A DNA stretch of 27,551 bases from contig CAZRQF010000010.1 in assembly GCA_964602275.1 (NCBI GenBank), positions 1 through 27,551 of the forward strand, written 5' to 3'. The notes beneath the pieces are model-generated. The model did no database searches. It saw nothing but the letters and a program-made list of their open reading frames with translations, and was not told the DNA's origin. Both the position numbers and the translations under genes were made by a program. Source of the stretch: an uncultured Eubacteriales bacterium. Lineage in GTDB: Bacteria > Bacillota > Clostridia > TANB77 > UBA1234. Below are positions 1-8,900 of this stretch, one piece after another. The first letter of the stretch is position 1; every line of letters begins with the position of its first letter.

Positions 1-2
1 GA

Positions 3-707
3 AAATGCAGTAATTATGGAAAAGAATGTGCATTTAAATTTGCAAATGAAATTTCAAAAAATGATATTAGAATAATAAGCGGTCTTGCCGAAGGTATTGA
101 TACAGCTGCTCACAGAGGAAGTATTAGTAATAAAACTATAGCAGTAATTGGCTCAGGCTTCGACAAAATATATCCAAAATCAAATCTAAATCTTGTTTAT
201 GAAATTTTAGCAAATGATGGTGCAATAATTACAGAACATTTTTTTGATGTAGATGCATACCCTTTTAATTTTCCAAAAAGAAATAGAATTGTAGCAGCAA
301 TGTCAGAAGGCGTTTTGGTAATTGAAGCGGGAGAAAAAAGTGGTGCTTTAATTACAGCTGATATAGCCAAAAACTTAAATAAAAATCTTTATGTTATTCC
401 ATCTAATATAAATAATAATTTTGCAACCGGAAGCAACAATCTTTTGCATGATAATGTGAAAATAGCACTTTCGCCAAATGATATTTTAAAAGATTTTATG
501 GATATTTCACTTGTCACAAACAAAACATCTTTAAAAATTCCTTTGGAATATCAAGAAATTTATAATTTGCTATTAATTAGTCCCCTAACTTCTGATGAAA
601 TATGCAAAAAAACAGATCTTTCAGCTAGCAAAATTAACAGTACACTAACTCTTATGGAATTAGAATCATACATATGTAAAAGAAACGGAAAATTTACTCT
701 AGTTTAA
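3..707 (+). CDS. dprA: DNA-processing protein DprA/Smf, C-terminal 234 aa (5' end outside the window)
   Basis: Frame 3 is open from base 3, so the listed ORF 300..707 is only its tail. The translation reads ...IRIISGLAEGIDTAAHRGSI...PKRNRIVAAMSEGVLVIEAGEKSGALITADIA..., which are the conserved DprA core motifs. TAA stop at 705-707. Confidence 0.9.
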   Translation, partial: KCSNYGKECAFKFANEISKNDIRIISGLAEGIDTAAHRGSISNKTIAVIGSGFDKIYPKSNLNLVYEILANDGAIITEHFFDVDAYPFNFPKRNRIVAAMSEGVLVIEAGEKSGALITADIAKNLNKNLYVIPSNINNNFATGSNNLLHDNVKIALSPNDILKDFMDISLVTNKTSLKIPLEYQEIYNLLLISPLTSDEICKKTDLSASKINSTLTLMELESYICKRNGKFTLV

Positions 708-734
708 TTTTAACCTTAAATTTTACTTAAAAAA

Positions 735-765
735 GCCCAAAGAATTTTATCTTTGGACTTTTTTA
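735..765. terminator. Bidirectional rho-independent terminator between convergent dprA and the 1372-aa gene
   Basis: Stem CCAAAGA (737-743) / TCTTTGG (750-756) with a 6-nt loop. An A-run lies upstream and a T-run downstream, so a U-tract follows the hairpin on either strand. Confidence 0.7.
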
Positions 766-779
766 GTATCGTTTTATCT

Positions 780-3700
780 TTATTGACCTATTAAATCATG
801 AGCAAGCGAATTTATATCTCTATGAGTTGTATTATTTTTTGTATAATCACTTACATATGTTATATGCTCACTATCTGCATATTTTTCGCCAACTTCTCTT
901 GTAACTTTTGAAATTCCTCTTCCATCACTCGATGCGTAAATAGTAGTTTCAATACCTGCATTCTCTATTGCTTCATATTCTTGAATTGGTTCTTTACCAT
1001 CTGAACCTTGTACACCGTCTACTATATGTAATTCTATTTGTGATGTCATGCCAGCTTCTGCTAAGTTTAGTGCTATCTCTGCTGCTGGATATCCACCACT
1101 GCTATACCCAATTAATACAATTTCTTTATCTTTATATTCATCAGATTGTAATAATTCCGAAATATCATCTATAGTTTGATACCACTCATTCCATCTTCCC
1201 ACATCGCCTGTTCCTGTAGGGACAAGCAATGTATCAGCATATGTATTATTTTTTAATGTTTGGTTTGCAGTAGCTTCAATTCCTCCTGTTATTGAACCAG
1301 AACCACCAAAGTATACATATACTTTTTCAGATTCTTCATTTGTTCCTACCTTTTGGTCGTATTTGGTTTTTCCTGTTTTCTTTTGGCTATAATTTTGTAC
1401 TTTTAATGTAAGTGAAACGCTTGTCGTCGTTCCTTTTAGTGACTTCATTTTTGCAGTTATCTTAGCATATCCAATGCCTTTTAAAACAACTGTACCATCA
1501 TTTTGTATTGTTGCAACATTTTCATTGTTACTAATATATTCAATATTTTTTAATGTTTCTTCACTAAGTAAGGTTTCGTCTATTGGGAATTTATATGTTT
1601 TTTCTCCTATGTCTAGTTTTACTGTTGAGTTATTAGTTGTTAATTTTAATGTTTCAGCTTTTACATTAACTTCTTTCGTTACAGTATTTCCCGATGAAGT
1701 TTTTAATGTTATTTCTGCTTTTCCTGCTTTCTTAGCTTCTATCACACCATTATTAGTTACAGTAAGTGTCTCTTTATCTGAGCTTGATATTTCATATTCT
1801 TCTGTTGCGTTTTCTGGTTTTGTTGTTATTATTGCTTGTACTTTTTGCCCTGCAAATATCACATCATTTTTTGTATTTATCTCAATATTCATTTCTGTTA
1901 TAGGAATTATTTGATTTGTAACATTAACTACATATATATTTTCTTTTTCATCTTTTATGATTGTTGTTCCAAGTTCAACACCTATAATTTTATTTTCAGA
2001 AACTATTAAACTCTTACCAGAAATTACTTGTAAGTTTTCTACACCACTTAAAGTTACTTCTTCATCAAGGAAAATGCTCATTTGACTTGATGGTTCTTTT
2101 GTTTTTCTTTCTTTTACTACAATCTCTCTCGTTTCCATTGCTAATCTTGTACCAGTTTTATTATAGTAAGAAACTCTTAATGTATGCTTTCCTAATATGC
2201 TTGGAGTATATGCGATATTATTTACTCCTGCATTTTGATTTATATCTCCAACACCACTTATATTCCATCTTATAAAGCCATTCCCGTTATTTGGCGTTGC
2301 AATAGCACCTAATATTGTTTCTTCATCTAAATAAATTTCATCTGGTATATCAACCTTCAAACTATATTTTGGATTATATTTTATATCTATAGTTTGTGTT
2401 GCTATATTTTTAGTTTCATTAATATATGCTTTAACAGTTATTTTTACTGTTGCATCTTTAGTTTTTGAATTTTCTATAACTTTAGCTTCTGCATTTCCTG
2501 CATTATCAACAGAAATTAATTTTTCATTGCTACTAGTATACTTTATTTTTATATTTTCATTACCATTATGAGTAACCGTAATTTGAGTACTTTCGCCTGG
2601 CAACAAACTTGAAGTATCATACTTAACTTGCATTGAAAAATCGCTATCACATCTGTCACATTTATTAGCCTTTGTAAATTCATGATTTTCTCTTATTTCT
2701 AGTTTTGCATTGCATTTTTGGCACTCTATAGATTTTATATGTTTGTTACTATCACTTGAATTATTATATGTTGTTTTATAATTTTCTGAATCATGCTCAC
2801 AAATATAAGTTCCTTCTTGATAGCCACAACTACATTTACCATTGTTTAAAGTATGTGCTTCTAATTTGAAAAATCCTCGCTTACAAATTTCACAATAGTA
2901 ATACACTTTGTGACATGTTTCATCATATCTAACTTGATGCAAAGTAGGCCTTGGAGAATGTCCATCTAATATTTCAGTTGCACTACATTTCTTTTCTTCA
3001 TTTTTCTCGAATCCGCAATCAAAACATTTACCATTTGAACTGAAAATATGATTTTCAACATGAGTAAATGAACTATTACATGCCATGCAGCGCTCTGTAA
3101 TTTCATGAGTGTTTTCGTCGATACTAATACATTCAACTTTAAATATAGGATGCCCAGCATTAATATTATCTTTACTACACTTTTTAATAAAAGTACATTT
3201 TATACATCTGTTATCACTACCAAATTCATGATTTTCTTCAATCGCCAAATCACATTTTTTACATTTTATAGTATGCTTTGTTTCATCTATCGAAGAATAT
3301 ATATACTCATGTGCACACTCTACCTTATATGAACATACCTTGCATATTTTATTTTTATCAAAGTTATGTGCTTCTGCTCTAGTTGCAGAGCAGTTTTTAC
3401 AATTTAGCAGGTGTGTCTTTGCATTCACTTCTCCGCCACTATATTCAAACACATGATTTCCTTTATATCCACATGTAACGCAAACTTCGCCATTTAGATT
3501 GTGCTTTTCATTTTTAGTGCTACTACATCTTGTACAAGATAAAGTATGAGTTGTTGTAGTTTTTTTGCCTCCACTATATTTATATTCATGTCCAAGTGCT
3601 GTGCCACTTATTTCTCCACACTTTGTACATGTCTTTGGAGATGTACATGTTGCATTTTTCCATGTATGTGTACAATTTCTTTTATATCCACATTTTGTGC

Positions 3701-4898
3701 ATTTATCATTACTGTTGAAACTATGATTTTCTTCATAAGTATTACTACATTTTCTACATTTCAAACTGTGTTTTGTACTATTTACTGATGTGTATACATA
3801 TTCATGATCACATACCGTTTTATATCCACACACTTTGCATATTCCACTTGAATTTAAATTATGATTTTCAGATTTTGTTGCAGAACAATTTTCGCATCTT
3901 AATGTATGCGTATCTTTTCCGTATCCATCATCATCATATACATAATTATGTCCAAGTGCCGTGCCACTTGTTTCTCCACACTTTGTACATGTCTTTGGAG
4001 ATGTACATGTTGCATTTTTCCATGTATGTGTACAATTTCTTTTATATCCACATTTTGTGCATTTATCATTACTGTTGAAACTATGATTTTCTTCATAAGT
4101 ATTACTACATTTTCTACATTTCAAACTGTGTTTTGTACTATTTACTGATGTGTATACATATTCATGATCACATACCGTTTTATATCCACACACTTTGCAT
4201 ATTCCACTTGAATTTAAATTATGATTTTCAGATTTTGTTGCAGAACAATTTTCGCATCTTAATGTATGCGTATCTTTTCCGTATCCATCATCATCATATA
4301 CATAATTATGTCCAAGTGCCGTGCCACTTGTTTCTCCACACTTTGTACATGTCTTTGGAGATGTACATGTTGCATTTTTCCATGTATGAGTACATCCAGC
4401 CTTATAAGCACAAACTTTACATACATTATCCGAATTGAAGTTATGTGTTTCTTTTCTTGTCGCAGTGCAGTTAGCACATTTAAGCAAATGTCTTTGTGCC
4501 TCTGGAGTATCACCCATATACTTAAAACTATGGTCTAACACATCTATTTTTTCGGTAAAGCTAGCTCCACAAATGCATGTATATGTTCGCTCGCCCTCAT
4601 TACTACATGTAGCATTTTTAGTTATTTTGGCTTGATATTTGTGTGGCTCTCTATATCCACATACCGTACAAGTATGCAAATTATTCCAAGTATGTGCACT
4701 CGTTGCCACACTTTGAACTACACTATTACATTTTTTACAAAGCAAAATGGATGTATGTGTAGTGCTTGTAGTATTATATGTAATAGTTATATCAATATTT
4801 CCACAATTATTACATTTCATAGCGGCATATGTACATGCATATTGGCAACACAAAGCCACAAAAACGAGCGTTAGTAACATTATTAATTTTTTTCTCAT
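780..4898 (-). CDS. Secreted 1372-aa multidomain surface protein: signal peptide, Cys/His mini-module array, Ig-like (Big_2-style) repeats, C-terminal alpha/beta-hydrolase-like domain
   Basis: ATG at 4898 lies 9 nt after GGAGG. The signal peptide is MRKKLIMLLTLVFVALCCQYACTYA. Residues ~26-752 carry about 27 CxxC motifs by my count, in repeating modules. Residues ~755-1160 contain Big_2-like strings (KYTSSNEKLISVDNAGNAEA, ISSSDKETLTVTNNGVIEAKKAGKAEITL, YISNNENVATIQNDGTVVLKGIGYAKITA). The last ~180 aa have a GxSxG nucleophile elbow, VLIGYSSGGYPAA (codons near 1092-1109). TAA stop. Confidence 0.85.
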   Translation of the reverse strand: MRKKLIMLLTLVFVALCCQYACTYAAMKCNNCGNIDITITYNTTSTTHTSILLCKKCNSVVQSVATSAHTWNNLHTCTVCGYREPHKYQAKITKNATCSNEGERTYTCICGASFTEKIDVLDHSFKYMGDTPEAQRHLLKCANCTATRKETHNFNSDNVCKVCAYKAGCTHTWKNATCTSPKTCTKCGETSGTALGHNYVYDDDGYGKDTHTLRCENCSATKSENHNLNSSGICKVCGYKTVCDHEYVYTSVNSTKHSLKCRKCSNTYEENHSFNSNDKCTKCGYKRNCTHTWKNATCTSPKTCTKCGETSGTALGHNYVYDDDGYGKDTHTLRCENCSATKSENHNLNSSGICKVCGYKTVCDHEYVYTSVNSTKHSLKCRKCSNTYEENHSFNSNDKCTKCGYKRNCTHTWKNATCTSPKTCTKCGEISGTALGHEYKYSGGKKTTTTHTLSCTRCSSTKNEKHNLNGEVCVTCGYKGNHVFEYSGGEVNAKTHLLNCKNCSATRAEAHNFDKNKICKVCSYKVECAHEYIYSSIDETKHTIKCKKCDLAIEENHEFGSDNRCIKCTFIKKCSKDNINAGHPIFKVECISIDENTHEITERCMACNSSFTHVENHIFSSNGKCFDCGFEKNEEKKCSATEILDGHSPRPTLHQVRYDETCHKVYYYCEICKRGFFKLEAHTLNNGKCSCGYQEGTYICEHDSENYKTTYNNSSDSNKHIKSIECQKCNAKLEIRENHEFTKANKCDRCDSDFSMQVKYDTSSLLPGESTQITVTHNGNENIKIKYTSSNEKLISVDNAGNAEAKVIENSKTKDATVKITVKAYINETKNIATQTIDIKYNPKYSLKVDIPDEIYLDEETILGAIATPNNGNGFIRWNISGVGDINQNAGVNNIAYTPSILGKHTLRVSYYNKTGTRLAMETREIVVKERKTKEPSSQMSIFLDEEVTLSGVENLQVISGKSLIVSENKIIGVELGTTIIKDEKENIYVVNVTNQIIPITEMNIEINTKNDVIFAGQKVQAIITTKPENATEEYEISSSDKETLTVTNNGVIEAKKAGKAEITLKTSSGNTVTKEVNVKAETLKLTTNNSTVKLDIGEKTYKFPIDETLLSEETLKNIEYISNNENVATIQNDGTVVLKGIGYAKITAKMKSLKGTTTSVSLTLKVQNYSQKKTGKTKYDQKVGTNEESEKVYVYFGGSGSITGGIEATANQTLKNNTYADTLLVPTGTGDVGRWNEWYQTIDDISELLQSDEYKDKEIVLIGYSSGGYPAAEIALNLAEAGMTSQIELHIVDGVQGSDGKEPIQEYEAIENAGIETTIYASSDGRGISKVTREVGEKYADSEHITYVSDYTKNNTTHRDINSLAHDLIGQ
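3591..4388 (-). repeat. In-frame 360-bp tandem repeat (about 2.2 copies) inside the 1372-aa gene
   Basis: Every base from 3611 to 4028 equals the base 360 nt downstream, so 3611-4388 is 100% self-identical at period 360. Lines 3661-3960 and 4021-4320 are letter-for-letter identical. Identity breaks at 4389 (a vs t), and at 3600 and 3610 at the other end. The repeat encodes a 120-aa unit, CTHTWKNATCTSPKTCTKCGETSGTALGHNY...KCTKCGYKRN. Confidence 0.95.
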
Positions 4899-4961
4899 AT
4901 AAATTTACCTCCTCATTTGTAAATTTCACATTAGTATTAATAATTATTATAAGTTTTAAAT

Positions 4962-5921
4962 TTAGTTTTCATATCCCGCTTCATACTTTGAAAGCCATAT
5001 TCCAGTAAGTTCTTTTCCACCATTTTTATAACCCGTATTAGGTGTCGTATCAGTTTCAGCACCTGTATATTCTCCAAAGTAAAACGCTGGATGTTTTATA
5101 TATCCATCTTGTGTATAGTCTGTTGTAAGTTTGCTATATACTACGCTTATACTACCGCTTTCTTCTTTATAAGTATACCTAGGTATCCATACAAAAGCAC
5201 TTCCCTCTTTTGTAACTTTTTTGCCAACTAAACTTTCTTTTGTACTTTTTCTTACTTCATCGTTTGTCATTCCTTCAAGTTCTATATCGTCCACAAGCAT
5301 TACATTTGCCCATTGATTTACCGCTACACTATAATCATACCATTCTTCATCATATTCTGATGTTACCACCCAAGCGTTATAGATATCGATATATTTTACA
5401 GGTAGCATTCCACTTATAACTATTGGCTTGTTTACACCTTTTTCTTCGTCATATTCACCTGTTTGAGCTAATAGTTCGTTATCTAACTCACTTCTTATTA
5501 GTTCTTCTAAAGTATATATCTGTTTGCTTTCTAATAAGATAGCATTTTTAGAAATAACTTCGCCTGTTGAATAATTAACCACATAATCTCTTGTTACATT
5601 TGATAACCCAAGTGAAGATGCCATTTCTTCGGGAGTAACTAAGTAGTACCCATCACCGTAAGTTACGCCGTTAATTTCAATTGCATCAGTAGTAGTTAAT
5701 TTTTTGCCGACAAGTGGATAGATTGTATTATCCAATCTATTTTCCACTTGTCTTTCTTGAATTGCACTACTCACTTCTTTCATTTCATTATATATCTTTG
5801 TGAAATTAGCTTTGTTTATATTGTATTCGTATCCAATAAAAATACTAATACTAGCAAGTATAAGCAGAACTACTATTGTAATAATTAATGTAATTAATGT
5901 AATACCTCTTTTATTTCTCAT
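4962..5921 (-). CDS. Pilin-like protein with a prepilin-type (class III signal) N-terminus; function unknown
   Basis: The N-terminus MRNKRG/ITLITLIITIVVLLILASISI has a short basic leader ending in Gly, followed by a ~22-residue hydrophobic helix, as in type IV pilins and pseudopilins. Position +5 is Thr rather than the usual Glu. ATG at 5921 lies 12 nt after the upstream gene's TAG, and the gap contains GGAGGGA. TAA stop. Confidence 0.6.
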   Translation of the reverse strand: MRNKRGITLITLIITIVVLLILASISIFIGYEYNINKANFTKIYNEMKEVSSAIQERQVENRLDNTIYPLVGKKLTTTDAIEINGVTYGDGYYLVTPEEMASSLGLSNVTRDYVVNYSTGEVISKNAILLESKQIYTLEELIRSELDNELLAQTGEYDEEKGVNKPIVISGMLPVKYIDIYNAWVVTSEYDEEWYDYSVAVNQWANVMLVDDIELEGMTNDEVRKSTKESLVGKKVTKEGSAFVWIPRYTYKEESGSISVVYSKLTTDYTQDGYIKHPAFYFGEYTGAETDTTPNTGYKNGGKELTGIWLSKYEAGYEN

Positions 5922-5933
5922 CTAATGTCCCTC

Positions 5934-8900
5934 CTACTTATTAATAATTGTAACTCTGAAGCTACTATTGCTACTTGCCGTATTGTCAACATTGCTACCA
6001 GTATTTTCACTAGACATCATAACATACGGTGAAGCTGTACTTCCAATGTTAAAGTCCGTTATCGTTAAACCTTTGTAAAGATTTAATCTAGCACCTTTTA
6101 ATATATCAACATATTTCGCATTTGCCATAGATAATGTTGTTCCTGTTGCATTTGCGTTAAACGCTGCAACATATTCATTTTCTATTTTCGAAATGCCATA
6201 TCTTGATAGCTTAGATGTACCTATGCCCTCTATGTTTTGAGGTAATACTGCATCATATGATTTCGCAGTCGTTGCATTTGATAACATTACTGCTGCACCT
6301 ACATCTCTAGCCCTACTCATAAACATGTCGCTTTGTGTACTACTAATTCCATATCTATATTGTAATTTGTTATCTTCTCCCAATTCTACTTTACCAGAAA
6401 GATTTTTTGACAATACATATGCATCGTTTATTGATAAAGCACCTAATGAAGTATTGTCGCTTGTAAATCTTACATTTTTTGATACGCTTTGTGTTGTAGA
6501 AACTTTAACACTTGCCATATAACCAGACTTATCCTTAAATGAAAATGTTACATCTGTTAAATCACTATATACATTAAGTGTATATTTCTTTACATATTCA
6601 TTACTGCTATTTTTAGTCATTTGACTTTCAAATGCTTCTGGCGAAACAAACTTAACATCTCTATTTGCGATAAATGTTACAACTGAATATTTTCTATATA
6701 AAGTTGGTTCTTGCACGCTGTATTCAACCGTTAATGCTTCTGTATTAAATGTGTCTATTGTTTGAGTAACATTACTAGAATATCCATTATCATCTTTAAA
6801 CTCTGCCGTATAAATTCCATTTTTACTAACAACAACATAGAAAGAATATGCATACTCTGCAACTTCTCCTACGGTATTTTTAATTTCTACATATTTAGTT
6901 TTCTTAATAGTTGCATTTAATATGTTTTGTGCTTCATTTTTCGTCAAATCTATATTTTCATTATTTAGTTTTAAGTATTTTAGTGGCGATGTAGATTTAA
7001 CTACAAGTTCAAGTTCAACAGCATCTTTTCCATTTACAGTTGATATTACATTGTCGCTTATAAAAGTAAATCTACCAATCGGAACGATATCTACAGGAAA
7101 TTCATATAAATCTTTTTCATCAATAGTTAAAGTAACTTCTCTTGATTTTACATTAAATATACCATTTGAAACTATACATCTATACATATTTCCATCCATA
7201 TCTGCAGTTGCAATTGGTGTCTTATAACTATCACTCGTTTCTCCTACTATATCTGTCCATTTTTTACCGCCATCAATGCTTGTTTGCCATTTAAATGTAT
7301 ATTTACTTGGCACACCACCAATTACCGTTATTGTAAATGTTGTGCTTTCGCCTATTCTTAATGTCACATTTTGTGGTCCATTTACTATCGGTGCTGTATA
7401 TACTCGCAAATATCCAATATCGTATGTTTTGCCATTAATAACTTGAGTGCTTAAATGTATATCATAGCCCTCTTGATATACAGGTTCTATTGTTCCAGTT
7501 GCAAAATATAACTTATGAGTATTTTTAACATTTGCTTCAATTTGATTAATATTTAAATCACTTATAACATTTGAACTAATATCAATTACATCTTGATATA
7601 TTACATTTTTTCTACCTGCACTTTGAAGTACACCATCATAAAACTCAAGTTTTGATGTAGCTTTCAAACTTATATACGCAATCTTTTCGCCTCTTATTAT
7701 TGGTTTTGTTGTTATAACAACATCATCTGCCTTATTACCTATTGTAACCTTTGCTGTACTGTTATTTAAAATACCAACTTGACCACCTACAATTGTACCG
7801 CCAAATATATTAACATTACCCGTGTTACCATCTAATAAGGCAACACCTGCTCGTGAACCTGTTAATAAATTTTCGCTTTTTATTGTAACTTCGCCAGTTG
7901 TAAATACTCCTATTGCATCACCTTGATTTGTAGCGCTTGTGCTAGTCGCACTAATAGTGCCACCAGATATAGTAGCTGTTGCATTTCCTTTTACTAAAAC
8001 GCCTCTAACTGCTGAAATGTTTCCATTTGCAGTAACATTACCATTTACAAACTCTAATTTTGAATTACCCTCAAGAGTTATAGCACCATGTTCTGCTTCC
8101 ATATAATTTTCCGCAATAATATTTACATTACTTCCATTTACTATAACTTCGCTAGAAGCTTCCCCTCTAACATGAATTGGCTTTGCACCTCTAACTGTAC
8201 CGCCTGTAAATGTTGCTGTTCCCAAATTATCTAAAACATAATTATATATATTTGTAAGCGTTGGCGTACCATTAACTTCTAATGTACCTTTATTTAAAAT
8301 AAGTGTAGTTGAAGGATTTGCCGTTTTCTTTATCGTACCATTGCCACAAATAATAAGTTTTGAAGTAGTAGGAATTTCAATACCTGCATTTTCCGCTAGC
8401 GTAATATAATGACTACCTGTATCTAGCGTTACCGTTTTATTAGTTGGCACTTGTGCAGATTTTTCAGCAGAAACATCTTTTCTTACTACCACAGTTTCTA
8501 AAGTTAGTGCTGCATCAAAAGCTTGTTGCAATGTTTCATAATAATTTTCTTCGCTATTTCTTTTTATCATATAATTACTTGCAATAACTGTAACTTCAAA
8601 TTCTGTGCTTGCTTCATTGTAATTTGTTCCTTGAGAAGCCGTAACAGTTATTTTTACTTTTCCTGCATTCTTTCCAGTTACAATAATTTGATTTTTCGTA
8701 GAGTCAACACTACTAATTGCAATATTTTTATCACTACTTTTAGCAGTAACTGTACCATCCCCGTTATACGAATATGTTACATTTATAGTTTCATTTTCCA
8801 TAACACTTTGATTAGCTGACGATGTTATTGTTATAGTAGCATCTGCTCTTGATATTTCAAATTTTTTCGATGTGCTTCCAGTATAATTTTTTGAAGTACT

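Noticed and set aside
968-4874. Many plus-strand ORFs (60-146 aa) inside the 1372-aa gene, including the identical pairs 3546..3788/3906..4148 and 3773..4078/4133..4438. Short nested minus-strand ORFs in other frames also occur (2966..3160, 3899..4096, 4259..4513).
   Set aside because: The plus-strand ORFs are antisense shadows of a long, well-supported minus-strand CDS. The nested minus-strand ORFs are off-frame products of the same region. All are low-complexity, Cys/Phe/Ile-rich translations with no RBS. The duplicated pairs simply mirror the 360-bp coding repeat.
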